Shown in pieces: positions 53,144 through 61,898 of a stretch of 64,000 nucleotides of DNA (position 1 is its first letter; the number at the start of each line of letters is the position of its first letter). The notes below the pieces were generated by a model. The model was not told where the DNA came from and did not search any database. It saw nothing but the letters and a program-made list of their open reading frames with translations. Source of the stretch: an uncultured Bacteroidota bacterium. GTDB lineage: Bacteria > Bacteroidota > Ignavibacteria > UBA10030 > UBA6906. Position numbers and translations under genes: made by a program. Where the stretch lies: contig CAVQPT010000012.1 of the NCBI GenBank assembly GCA_963714855.1, forward strand, positions 45 through 64,044, written 5' to 3'.

Positions 53144-53209
53144 ATTACTCAACACACTGAGTTAATTTCCTCAATGTGTTGAGTAAATTTACTCAGCGCT
53201 TTGAGCAGA
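53144..53209. repeat. Three tandem 22-bp palindromic units (CTCA-N6-TGAG)
   Basis: ATTACTCAACACACTGAGTTAA / TTTCCTCAATGTGTTGAGTAAA / TTTACTCAGCGCTTTGAGCAGA. Confidence 0.8.
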
Positions 53210-53253
53210 GTCAACATGCGCTGCGTTTTCAGACAGATTAGGAGGGAAAGCTA

Positions 53254-53312
53254 TTGACAAAGGAGGTTCACATACATATATTGTGTGAGTAATAGTCTAC
53301 GTATATTACGTA
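53254..53312 (+). promoter_or_regulatory. Promoter and candidate autoregulatory operators of the TA operon
   Basis: TTGACA (53254-53259), 17 bp, TATATT (53277-53282); palindrome TACGTA-TAT-TACGTA (53298-53312); CACA...TGTG inverted pair around the -10. Confidence 0.6.
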
Positions 53313-53345
53313 CATATACAATGTGGGTATTTTGCGGAGAAACCT

Positions 53346-53606
53346 GTGGCAACTCCAACACTGAAACGAGAGATGAGACGGAAGAATTTCTACATGCCGT
53401 CAGAACTTGAACGACGGGCGGAAGTTATTGCCCATGCAATGGGGGTTGACTTCAGTCAGCTCGCGCGCGAAGCGATCCTCCAGATGGTCGAGAGAGAAGA
53501 GAAGGCCGCTCTGGAGAAGGAACTGGCGGACGCCTGCAAAAAGTACACGGACTTCAACAAGAAGTTTTCCGGCGAATGGTCGCACTTCGAAACGAGGATT
53601 GACTGA
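53346..53606 (+). CDS. Putative ribbon-helix-helix antitoxin
   Basis: RKNFYMPSEL..AE.IA..MGVDFSQLAREAI (RHH pattern) with an acidic tail; TGATG overlap with the toxin gene. Confidence 0.75.
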   Translation: MATPTLKREMRRKNFYMPSELERRAEVIAHAMGVDFSQLAREAILQMVEREEKAALEKELADACKKYTDFNKKFSGEWSHFETRID

Positions 53607-53950
53607 TGGCAATCCACCGGGGAGACGTATACGATGTGGTTCCTGATCCGTCCGTCGGGAAAGAAATCCAGAAGAAGAAGCCGTGCGTCGTGGTGTCGAC
53701 GGAGACGTTCAATGACAACGCGGGGCTCGTTGTTGTCTGTCCGCTGACCGAGGGAATGCATCTGACAGCGGATCTCATCCACATTGCCATCGCAAAGGGA
53801 GAGGGGGGTACGACGAAAGACTCCATCGTTCTGTGTGACCAGGTCAAGGCCATTGACCAGCTGCGGATTGTCGAAAAGCGCGGCAGCCTGAACAGAGAAG
53901 CGATGCAGAAGATCGACAGGGGATTGAGGGCGATCCTTGCCCTGCATTGA
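53606..53950 (+). CDS. mazF: PemK/MazF-family toxin (endoribonuclease)
   Basis: IHRGDVY.V.PDPSVGKEIQKKKPCVVVS..FN..VVVCPLT..SIVLCDQVKAIDQLRI..GSL. Confidence 0.9.
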   Translation: MAIHRGDVYDVVPDPSVGKEIQKKKPCVVVSTETFNDNAGLVVVCPLTEGMHLTADLIHIAIAKGEGGTTKDSIVLCDQVKAIDQLRIVEKRGSLNREAMQKIDRGLRAILALH

Positions 53951-54170
53951 CGCAGGCTACACCGTCTCGATCTGTTGTCCCGAATCTCCCCCCTTACAAC
54001 GGTTCCTCGAACCGATCCTTTCCTAAACCCGTACTCTCCCTGATATGACCTCGGGCCCGATGGATCTCTGCGCGCAATACGACTGTGGGAACCATGCGGA
54101 AGCTGGGGGAGTTATAAAGGGACCAGTACGTCCGACTCTGATTGCAACGTGACCCGTTCAAGGAGAAATC

Positions 54171-55010
54171 GTGAAGCTTTTCAGTCTTGTCATCCTCGCC
54201 GTAGCCCTGACAGGGTCAGGTCTGGCCCAGTGTTCAGATGCCGGTGTCTGCAGTTTCGGGGGAGGTCATGACACGCCTTCGCATCAGCTCTCGTTCGATT
54301 TCGGAACGGGGAAGAGCGACAAAGTGGATGACATCTCGTTTCTGGCGGTGAAGGTCACCGGCGACATCCAGATTCTGGAAAAGTCGCGGCTTACCATTGC
54401 CGTTCCGTTCACCCGGCAGTCGGGCCCTGCCGGCACCACGAGCGGGATCGGCGATCTCATCGTTGCGTGGAACCAGCGGTTCACCGACGGCAAGGGAGTG
54501 ATCGTGGAGGGGCAGATCGGTGCGCGGCTTCCCACCGGGAAAGTGGACAACAGCGGGTTGCCGCAGCGGTATCAGAACGGACTCGGGACCACCGATCTTC
54601 TCGTAGGCGTCAACCTGACCAGCGGACCATGGTCGGCTGGGGCCGGTGTCCAGGTGCCCTTTGGCCGGTCGGAGAATCCGTTCGACCGTTTGAAGCGGGG
54701 GCAGGATGTGATGCTCCGTGCGGGGTACACGCAGGCATTCGGACCGTTCAGCCTGAATGCCGAAGTGATCGGCATCAAGCGGTTCGGGCTGTCGAGTGTG
54801 CGCGATACCGCCGTGCAGACAGAACGGTTCGTGGATGTTGCGGGGAGCGATCAGGGGCAGGTCAACATCGTGATTGCGCCGGGCTGGGCGCTGTCCGACG
54901 TTCTTCATATTCAGGCGGCCGGTGCGTTGCCTCTTCTCCAGCGGGAGATCAATATCGATGGGCTGAAGAGGGTGTTTACGGCGAGTCTGGGTGTGCGGCT
55001 CATGCTCTAA
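54171..55010 (+). CDS. Putative outer-membrane beta-barrel/transporter with an N-terminal CSDAGVC motif
   Basis: Signal peptide, QCSDAGVCS, SGIGDL, GARLPTG, YQNGLGTTD, alternating beta-strand C-terminus. Confidence 0.6.
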   Translation: MKLFSLVILAVALTGSGLAQCSDAGVCSFGGGHDTPSHQLSFDFGTGKSDKVDDISFLAVKVTGDIQILEKSRLTIAVPFTRQSGPAGTTSGIGDLIVAWNQRFTDGKGVIVEGQIGARLPTGKVDNSGLPQRYQNGLGTTDLLVGVNLTSGPWSAGAGVQVPFGRSENPFDRLKRGQDVMLRAGYTQAFGPFSLNAEVIGIKRFGLSSVRDTAVQTERFVDVAGSDQGQVNIVIAPGWALSDVLHIQAAGALPLLQREINIDGLKRVFTASLGVRLML

Positions 55011-55220
55011 TTGCACCGGTGCCTCAGGGGTCACATTCCGGGGACCTCGATATCCCCCCTTTTTCGTTCTCTGCTTGCGGCTTCTTCCGGCTTGCATCTT
55101 ACTCCATATACGACTAATTTAGTCCTGTTTCTGAATTCCCTGTCGGCGGCGATGATCCCGTGCAGTTGAACCTCCTTCCCCGGCTGACTCCTATTTCCTT
55201 AAGTATGGTGAGAGAGTCAC

Positions 55221-56498
55221 ATGACCACAATCCGGTGTGGAATTCTTCTGATGTTCTGCTGTTTGCTAGGGACATCTGCGACCACGGCTGGCGGCGAGCC
55301 GGATTCCCTGGCAGAACTCAGCAGGAAGATCGACATCCTTGCAGAAGAGCTGGACCGGTTGAGGGCCGGTGGAGCTGCGGAGCTTCAGCCGCTCCCGGTC
55401 CAGGGACTCAGCCCGGGAGCGGGGCGCGTCTACACGATGCAGAAAGCGGGCGTCTCGTTCGCGGGGTACGGCGAAGCCCTATATGAGAACTTCGCGACGG
55501 CGCGCGACAACGGGACTGCATCCGGGTTGAAAGACCGGATCGACTTCCTCCGTGCGGTACTGTATGCAGGCTACCGGTTCAACGACTGGATCCTGTTCAA
55601 TTCTGAGATCGAATTTGAGCACGGGAGCACGGGCAAAGGGGGGGAAGTCTCGGTCGAGTTCGGCTACATCGACCTTGTGCTCTCCCCGTGGCTCACCGTC
55701 CGCTCCGGGCTGGTCCTCGTCCCGGTCGGAATCGTCAACGAGAAACATGAGCCCTCCACGTTCTTCGGCACCTCGCGCCCGCTGGTGGAGCGGCTGATTC
55801 TTCCCGCGACCTGGAGGGCGGTCGGAACGGGTGCCCTTGGCGAGATCATGCAGGCACTTTCCTACCGGCTGTTCGTGGTCGAGGGCCTGAAAGCTGACGG
55901 CTATTCAGGAGCGAACGGCATCCGCGGCGGACGGCAGCACGGGGCCCAGGCGGTTGCCGAGAACTTCGCCGTCACCGGTCGTCTGGAGTTCTCTCCCTCC
56001 GTCGGCACAACCATCGGAGCCGACATCTTCGTCGGCAATGCGGGGCAGGGGATGACCGACAGTCTCGGCACGATTGCCGCGATGACGACCGTGGGCAGCG
56101 TGCACGGAGAACTCTCCTGGCGGGGACTCGAACTCCGGGGGCTCTATGCTTTCAACCATGTGAGCGACGCGGCGCGGATCAGTGCCGCGAACGGCGGGAC
56201 GATCGGTTCGCGTATGGAAGGGTGGTATCTGTCGGCAGGGTATGACGTGCTGCCGCACATGCTTCCGACAACAACACATGCGCTCATTCCCTACGCGGTA
56301 TTCGAGCGGTACAATACGCACGCCGCCGTTCCGGCGGGGTTCTCCGCGAACCCGGCGTATGACAGGCGCACTCTTGCCCTCGGGATCATGTACCGTCCGG
56401 ATCCCCGCGTCGCGTTCAAGTGGGACTACCGCGACAACTGGAGCGCGGCAGGCACGGCCGCCAACCAGTGGAACGTTGCATTGAACTATCTCTTCTGA
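55221..56498 (+). CDS. Outer-membrane porin with an N-terminal coiled coil (type seen in iron-uptake/flavinylation loci)
   Basis: AGYGEALY, RAVLYAGYRFND..FNSEIEFEHG..GEVSVEFGYID, GIVNEKHEP.TFFG..RP.VE..ILPATW, C-terminal LNYLF. Confidence 0.75.
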   Translation: MTTIRCGILLMFCCLLGTSATTAGGEPDSLAELSRKIDILAEELDRLRAGGAAELQPLPVQGLSPGAGRVYTMQKAGVSFAGYGEALYENFATARDNGTASGLKDRIDFLRAVLYAGYRFNDWILFNSEIEFEHGSTGKGGEVSVEFGYIDLVLSPWLTVRSGLVLVPVGIVNEKHEPSTFFGTSRPLVERLILPATWRAVGTGALGEIMQALSYRLFVVEGLKADGYSGANGIRGGRQHGAQAVAENFAVTGRLEFSPSVGTTIGADIFVGNAGQGMTDSLGTIAAMTTVGSVHGELSWRGLELRGLYAFNHVSDAARISAANGGTIGSRMEGWYLSAGYDVLPHMLPTTTHALIPYAVFERYNTHAAVPAGFSANPAYDRRTLALGIMYRPDPRVAFKWDYRDNWSAAGTAANQWNVALNYLF

Positions 56499-56504
56499 TA
56501 CGAC

Positions 56505-57044
56505 ATGACACATTTTACACTCTACCTCCTGTTTCTGGTTCTTGTGCCTTCCTGGCTGCCGGCCCAGGAGAAGCCCGGTCCGGAAACCGTTCTGCGGCAG
56601 TACTTCGGCCCGAAGGCCGCGATCATACGGGAACGCCTCTTCCTTTCCGGAGAACAGCGGCAGCACATCGCACAGCGCTCACGGACCGCCCTTCCCTCCA
56701 CGATCATCACCTATTTCCGCGTCACGGTGGGGGACAGTTTGATAGGATATGGCGTGCTGGAATCGGCCGTCGTTCGCACCATGCCCGCGACGTACATGGT
56801 GATCATCGGCCCGGACACGACGATCCGTGCCATCGAACTCGTTGCCTTCACAGAACCCGATGACTACCGGCCGTCGGTCCGGTGGCTGGACCAGTTCAGG
56901 GGGATGCCGCTTACCGACGAACTATGGATGAAGCGGGGGATCCAGAATATGGTCGGAGCGACCCTCTCGGCGCATGTCCTGACAGGCGGGGCGCGGAGGG
57001 CCCTTGCGCTGATCTCGGTTCTTCCTCGAAAGTCCGGGCCATGA
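56505..57044 (+). CDS. Exported FMN-binding-domain protein (probable ApbE substrate)
   Basis: Signal peptide; VRT, IELVAFTEP..Y..WLDQFRG, IQNMVGATLSA (flavinylation-type GAT motif). Confidence 0.8.
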   Translation: MTHFTLYLLFLVLVPSWLPAQEKPGPETVLRQYFGPKAAIIRERLFLSGEQRQHIAQRSRTALPSTIITYFRVTVGDSLIGYGVLESAVVRTMPATYMVIIGPDTTIRAIELVAFTEPDDYRPSVRWLDQFRGMPLTDELWMKRGIQNMVGATLSAHVLTGGARRALALISVLPRKSGP

Positions 57045-57541
57045 AATACATGCAGAACGGCGGGTTCCAATCCCATCCGGTTATGCGGCTCACGCTTGGA
57101 TTGACGCTGGTCCTCCTCGCTGCGTTCGTCGTCACGAATTTCTTCCTGTATTTTGCCCGGATGGATCTCACCCCGGCTTCCGTCGTGCAGTACTACAACG
57201 GGTCGGAGGCGGAGTACCGGCCTGCGCGGTCGTATCAGTCGATGCTGGAAGTCAGCCACGGTCACTTCGCCATGATGGCGGTTGTGCTTCTCCTCCTGAC
57301 ACACCTTGTGATCTTCGCGCCGCTGGCAAAGCGGATTCGGATGGTGCTGATCGTCGGGGTTTTCTCGGCCGCTCTGCTGGGTGAAGTCGCAGGGTGGCTG
57401 GTGCGTTTTGTGGACGAAGGATTCGCCCTGCTGAAGGTGGCGTCGTTCGTTGTCCTGCAAACGGGCCTGATCGTGACCATCCTGATTCTGGCGCACTTCC
57501 TCTGGCGCGGGCAGAACGGCGGGGAGGAGGAGAAACGGTAA
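57041..57541 (+). CDS. Four-TM membrane protein with His residues placed like heme ligands (cytochrome-b-like candidate)
   Basis: ATGA-coupled start; hydrophobic helices containing LEVSHGHFAMM and LLTHL. Confidence 0.65.
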   Translation: MKYMQNGGFQSHPVMRLTLGLTLVLLAAFVVTNFFLYFARMDLTPASVVQYYNGSEAEYRPARSYQSMLEVSHGHFAMMAVVLLLLTHLVIFAPLAKRIRMVLIVGVFSAALLGEVAGWLVRFVDEGFALLKVASFVVLQTGLIVTILILAHFLWRGQNGGEEEKR

Positions 57542-58566
57542 TGGACAGGCGCAGGTTCCTGGAGTCGGCGCTGGTGCGCGGATCACTTCTCATCGGCCTC
57601 TCCGCGCAGTATGCGGAGTCGTTTTCCCGGAATGCCGCCGCGGGCGGGAGCGGGCACACCGGTGTGGGAGCAGACGGGAGCGTTGTGGTTGAACGTGCCC
57701 GGGTCCTGATGGGGACGGTGGTGCGGATCACGGTCTATGCTTCTTCGCAACGGCACGGACACCATGCCATCAACCAGGCGTTTGAAGAGATCGCGCGTCT
57801 CGAGCGTCTTTTTTCGGTGTTCGATCCGTCGAGCGACATCAGCCGCATCAACCGTGCGGCCGGGATGAATCCGGTCCGCGTCGATCCGGAAACGATCACG
57901 ATGCTCGAACGGGCGGGAGAGTGGACAGTGCTCACACGCGGCGCATTCGACGTGACAGTCGAGCCGTGCATGCGTCTCTGGGGGTTCCGGGACGACGCCG
58001 ATACACGACAGTATCCCTCCGATCGGGAGATTGCCCGGACACTCGATGCCGTCGGAGCGCGGCACCTTGAACTGCATCCGGAGGAATCCACCGCGGGGCT
58101 AAACCGAACAGGGTGCGCAATCGATCTGGGAGGTGTGGCGGTGGGGTACGCCGTAGATTGTGCGGTGCGTGTGTTGAAGCGTGAGGGGATCCTGTGTGCC
58201 TTTATCAACCACGGCGGCGACGCCTACGCGCTCGGCGCCCCTCCGGGGAGCGATGGATGGCCGGTGATGGTCCCTCATCCGTCCGGGAGGCGCGAGCCCG
58301 CCTTCGAGCGGACGCTCAGGGACATGGCGGTTGCCACATCGGCCGACAGCACACAGTTCCGGATGCTCGGTGGAGTCCGCTGCGGGCACCTGATGGATGT
58401 TGCGACAGCGCGCCCTTCCGGCGCGGCGCTGAGTGTGACCGTGATCGCAGACGAGGCCATAGCCGCGGATGCGCTTTCCACAGGGTTGTTCTGCCTCGGG
58501 GAGACGCGGCCTCCGGCGTCCCCGCCCGGGATAGAAGTTCTTGCATTACTTCCGGAGCTGAGGTGA
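57541..58566 (+). CDS. apbE: FAD:protein FMN transferase with a twin-arginine signal
   Basis: MDRRRFL Tat motif; LMGT, SDISRIN, GAFDVTV, IDLGGVAVGYAVD, NHGGD, AVATS, HLMD, SVTVIA..ADALSTGLF. Confidence 0.92.
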   Translation: MDRRRFLESALVRGSLLIGLSAQYAESFSRNAAAGGSGHTGVGADGSVVVERARVLMGTVVRITVYASSQRHGHHAINQAFEEIARLERLFSVFDPSSDISRINRAAGMNPVRVDPETITMLERAGEWTVLTRGAFDVTVEPCMRLWGFRDDADTRQYPSDREIARTLDAVGARHLELHPEESTAGLNRTGCAIDLGGVAVGYAVDCAVRVLKREGILCAFINHGGDAYALGAPPGSDGWPVMVPHPSGRREPAFERTLRDMAVATSADSTQFRMLGGVRCGHLMDVATARPSGAALSVTVIADEAIAADALSTGLFCLGETRPPASPPGIEVLALLPELR

Positions 58567-58593
58567 CTGTATGCTTCCGAGGTTGCGTGATCC

Positions 58594-59094
58594 GTGGATA
58601 ACTCCGCATTCAGAGAATCGGAAACGGTGACACCCGGCATAAGCAGACCGGCTGAGGAACCGATGCAGGCGAATCCTGGCAGAGGCGAATCGGGACAGGA
58701 AGCAGTGAGCCCTCTTCGAGGATCCCTGCTCCTCTACGATGGCCGGTGCGGCTTCTGCAGCGGAATGGTGGGATGGATCAGGCGCCGTGACCGGAAAGGG
58801 CGCATAGCATTCGTCCCGGCGGAGAGCCCGGAAGGGATCGACGCACTCTCCCGGTACCCGGAGTGTCAGGATGTCGATTCGGTTGTCTGGGTCGGAGGTG
58901 TAGAAGGGAATAGCACCGCGCGTGCTTCGACCCATTCGGAGGCGGTGATACGCGCCCTGGTTTCACTCGGCGGCTTGTGGCGGCTCGCAGCCGCGGCCCG
59001 CATCGTCCCCCGTCCCGTCCGCGACGCTGTGTACAACCTTGTCGCACGCAACCGGCATCGTCTTTCACCGCACCGGAGATCCTGCCGGACGTGA
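58594..59094 (+). CDS. DCC1-like thiol-disulfide oxidoreductase (DUF393)
   Basis: LLYDGRCGFC (DxxCxxC), SEAVI, PRPVRDAVYNLVARNRHR; start uncertain. Confidence 0.88.
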   Translation: MDNSAFRESETVTPGISRPAEEPMQANPGRGESGQEAVSPLRGSLLLYDGRCGFCSGMVGWIRRRDRKGRIAFVPAESPEGIDALSRYPECQDVDSVVWVGGVEGNSTARASTHSEAVIRALVSLGGLWRLAAAARIVPRPVRDAVYNLVARNRHRLSPHRRSCRT

Positions 59095-59115
59095 CGTCCT
59101 CAGATTCCCAATTCG

Positions 59116-59178
59116 GACGTGTCCACATTTGCTCATTTTATGTACACGTTTTCCTGACATGTCCACAACGTGGACATG
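59116..59178. repeat. Short GTCCAC-type repeats and a 9-3-9 inverted repeat between convergent genes
   Basis: GTCCAC at 59121, GTACAC at 59142, GTCCAC at 59161; CATGTCCAC-AAC-GTGGACATG at 59158-59178. Confidence 0.55.
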
Positions 59179-59193
59179 ATTGCAGAGCCGCAG

Positions 59194-60441
59194 CTATCCC
59201 TTGATCCCCCGCCAGACCTCCACCCCCAGCGCCCCGATCACACCCGCATACTCCAGCCACAGCACCACCGCCGACTGCTCCCACACTCCCGTCATCTGAT
59301 ACTCCACCGCCGTCAGCACCGTCAGACTCACCGCCGCGGTGAAGATGATCCCCGACCAGCGCGGGACAAGAGGAAGGAGTGCGGCCAGCCAGATCACATA
59401 CCAGGGCTGCACGACAGGCGAGAAGAGAAGGAGGAGCAATACGGCATAGTAGCACTTCTGGAGAATCGGCTGCTTTCCGAAGGAGAGGACACCAACCGAA
59501 ATCAGCAAGAGGAGCGCGCAGATAGCCCGCGAGATCTGGTTCTCGTGGACGACGGCGTTGATGGACTCGAACACCAGGCCGTTGAATGTCCAGTCGCGCG
59601 TGTAAATGAACAACGATTCGAACGGGTTCGATGTGAAAACGTACGGAAGAAACTGCAGCACAAGCGGAAGGAGGGGGAGGAGAAGGACCCGCAATCGTGC
59701 ACCGGCCGACTTCTCCGCGACGAACAGGATGGGGAGGACCACAAGGGCAACCGGCTTCACGGCAAGGGAAAGACCGAGAAGGAGAAGACCGGGAACTTTC
59801 CGGTCGCGGATATACAGGATCAACCCGCCGACGAACAACGGGAGGCCGAGGGCGTCGACGTGTCCGTCCAGCGAAAATTGCAGGATGGCAAGCGGCGAGA
59901 GTGCGAAGAGGAGAAGGGAGGTTCTTGAGATTCCCAGCGCTCCCGCCGACACCCAGAGGATCCACACCAGCGCCCCCTCCGCCAGGACCAGAACGGCCTT
60001 GATTGCCCACACTTCCTCTCCACTCACCTGATAGCAAAGGTAGAAGACCCACTGCGTCAGGGGAAAGTAGACTGTTTTCATGGTGGGGTGGTTCACCCGC
60101 TCCGGCAAGCGGTCGGAGTGAAGGGGGGCGAGCTCGGGGTCGTCGGGTGCGAGGCTGTACGGATTGATGCCGGCATCCTGCACTTTCCCGTCCCAGATAT
60201 AGCGGTACATATCGTCCGACCCGATCGGGTCGAGCGGGAGGAGCGCCAGGCGGAGGAGGGCGGAGGCCGCAATGAGGAGAAGGAGAACGTTGGCCGGGAT
60301 TTCTTTCCGCCGTATCCATCCTGCACCGAAGAGAAAAAGGAACGATGCGGCGATGAAGAGGGTGGAGTAGATTTCTATGGGCCGCAACGCATAGAGCGAC
60401 ATGGGAAGCGCCACCGGCCGGGAGGGATTGCTTTTTTGCAT
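59194..60441 (-). CDS. GT-C integral membrane glycosyltransferase (GT87-like)
   Basis: SDDMYRYIWDGKVQ..GINPY, TVYFPLTQ, GHVD, SPVVQPWY, many TM helices. Confidence 0.82.
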   Translation of the reverse strand: MQKSNPSRPVALPMSLYALRPIEIYSTLFIAASFLFLFGAGWIRRKEIPANVLLLLIAASALLRLALLPLDPIGSDDMYRYIWDGKVQDAGINPYSLAPDDPELAPLHSDRLPERVNHPTMKTVYFPLTQWVFYLCYQVSGEEVWAIKAVLVLAEGALVWILWVSAGALGISRTSLLLFALSPLAILQFSLDGHVDALGLPLFVGGLILYIRDRKVPGLLLLGLSLAVKPVALVVLPILFVAEKSAGARLRVLLLPLLPLVLQFLPYVFTSNPFESLFIYTRDWTFNGLVFESINAVVHENQISRAICALLLLISVGVLSFGKQPILQKCYYAVLLLLLFSPVVQPWYVIWLAALLPLVPRWSGIIFTAAVSLTVLTAVEYQMTGVWEQSAVVLWLEYAGVIGALGVEVWRGIKG

Positions 60442-60518
60442 TATACACTTTATCTGTATGAGAGTCCACGCCGTCGCATAAAGCGGCCACTCCGCCCAAC
60501 GCTCTTCCCGGACTGTCC

Positions 60519-61877
60519 ATGAAGCTCCGGCTCTTCGTTCTGTGCTCAGCTCTCCCCCTCTCGTTCATCGCCTGCTCCGGCATCGGCACGATCGGAGAGA
60601 GGGAGTACCCCGTCACGGTGCGGGGATCGCACTTCGAGAAGAACGGCGCTCCGTATTATGTGGCCGGGACAAACTTATGGTACGGCGCATACCTCGGTGT
60701 AACGGATACGACGGGCAACCATGAGCGGCTTGGCCGGGAGCTCGACCGGCTCGCCGCCCTCGGCATCACGAACCTCCGTGTCCTCGCCGGATCTGAGAGC
60801 TCGGCTGTCGGCAGGTGCATCTCCCCGGCCTTTCAGAGACGCCCCGGCGAAGTGAACGAAGAGCTCTTGCGCGGGCTCGACCGTCTCCTCGCCGAAATGG
60901 CGGCGCGCAGAATGCACGCTGTCCTCTATCTCACCAACTACTGGGAGTGGTCGGGCGGCATGGCGCAGTATGCCGTCTGGGCAAATGGAGGAGGAGGTGT
61001 CGATCCCGCCGCCCCGGACCAGGGTGGGTGGCCGGCCTACATGAACTTCGCCGCATCGTTCTATGAAAACCGGGCAGCCAACGACATCTACCGGGAGTAC
61101 ATCCGACGCCTGGTGACGCGGAAGAACACGGTGAACGGCCGGCTTTATGCGGGCGATCCAACCATCATGGCGTGGCAGCTCGCAAACGAACCCCGCCCCG
61201 GGACGGTCGGTCCAGAGGGAGAAAAGAACCTCCCCGCATTCATCCGGTGGATCGATGAAACTGCGGCGTTCATTCACGGACTCGATTCGGTGCACCTGGT
61301 TTCCTCGGGGAGCGAGGGAACGACAGGGTGCCTCCTTTCCGACGACAACTTTCTCCGTGCGCATGCGTCGCCCCATATCGATTATCTGACATTCCATCTC
61401 TGGCCCTCCATCTGGACCTGGTACGACCCGCTCCGTTCCGGCGAAACCCTCCCCGCGGCGATCGACAGTTCGCTCGTCTACATCGCCCGGCATGTGGAGC
61501 TTGCCCGGCGGCTCGGGAAGCCGATTATTCTCGAAGAGTTCGGGATGGGGCGGGACGGGGACGTGATGCAGCCCGGTACGGCCACGCGGGCAAGGGATGA
61601 GTTCTTCGGGGCCGTCCTTGCCGCCGTATGCGACTCCGCCCGTGCAGGTGCCCCGTTGGCCGGATCGAATTTCTGGGGATGGGGAGGGGAGGGAAGAGCC
61701 CGGCAGGCCGACTGGCTCTGGCGCCCCGGCGACCCGTACACGGGCGATCCGCCCCAGGAGCCGCAGGGGTGGAACTCGATTTTCAATGCCGATTCCACTA
61801 CATTACGCCTGATACAGCATCACGCACGATTGATGCGTGACCTCTCCACTCTGCAACACCGGGACCCGGCGGAATGA
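60519..61877 (+). CDS. GH5 beta-mannanase/mannosidase lipoprotein
   Basis: Lipobox FIAC; GTNLWYG, NYWEWSGGMAQY, WQLANEPR (acid/base), TFHLWP, ILEEFG (nucleophile), GDPPQEPQGW. Confidence 0.9.
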   Translation: MKLRLFVLCSALPLSFIACSGIGTIGEREYPVTVRGSHFEKNGAPYYVAGTNLWYGAYLGVTDTTGNHERLGRELDRLAALGITNLRVLAGSESSAVGRCISPAFQRRPGEVNEELLRGLDRLLAEMAARRMHAVLYLTNYWEWSGGMAQYAVWANGGGGVDPAAPDQGGWPAYMNFAASFYENRAANDIYREYIRRLVTRKNTVNGRLYAGDPTIMAWQLANEPRPGTVGPEGEKNLPAFIRWIDETAAFIHGLDSVHLVSSGSEGTTGCLLSDDNFLRAHASPHIDYLTFHLWPSIWTWYDPLRSGETLPAAIDSSLVYIARHVELARRLGKPIILEEFGMGRDGDVMQPGTATRARDEFFGAVLAAVCDSARAGAPLAGSNFWGWGGEGRARQADWLWRPGDPYTGDPPQEPQGWNSIFNADSTTLRLIQHHARLMRDLSTLQHRDPAE

Positions 61878-61898
61878 AGAAGTTTTTTCAGGTGATGC

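Noticed and set aside
53144-53209. Possible mini-CRISPR array
   Set aside because: The 22-bp units abut with no unique spacers, and there are no cas genes in the window.
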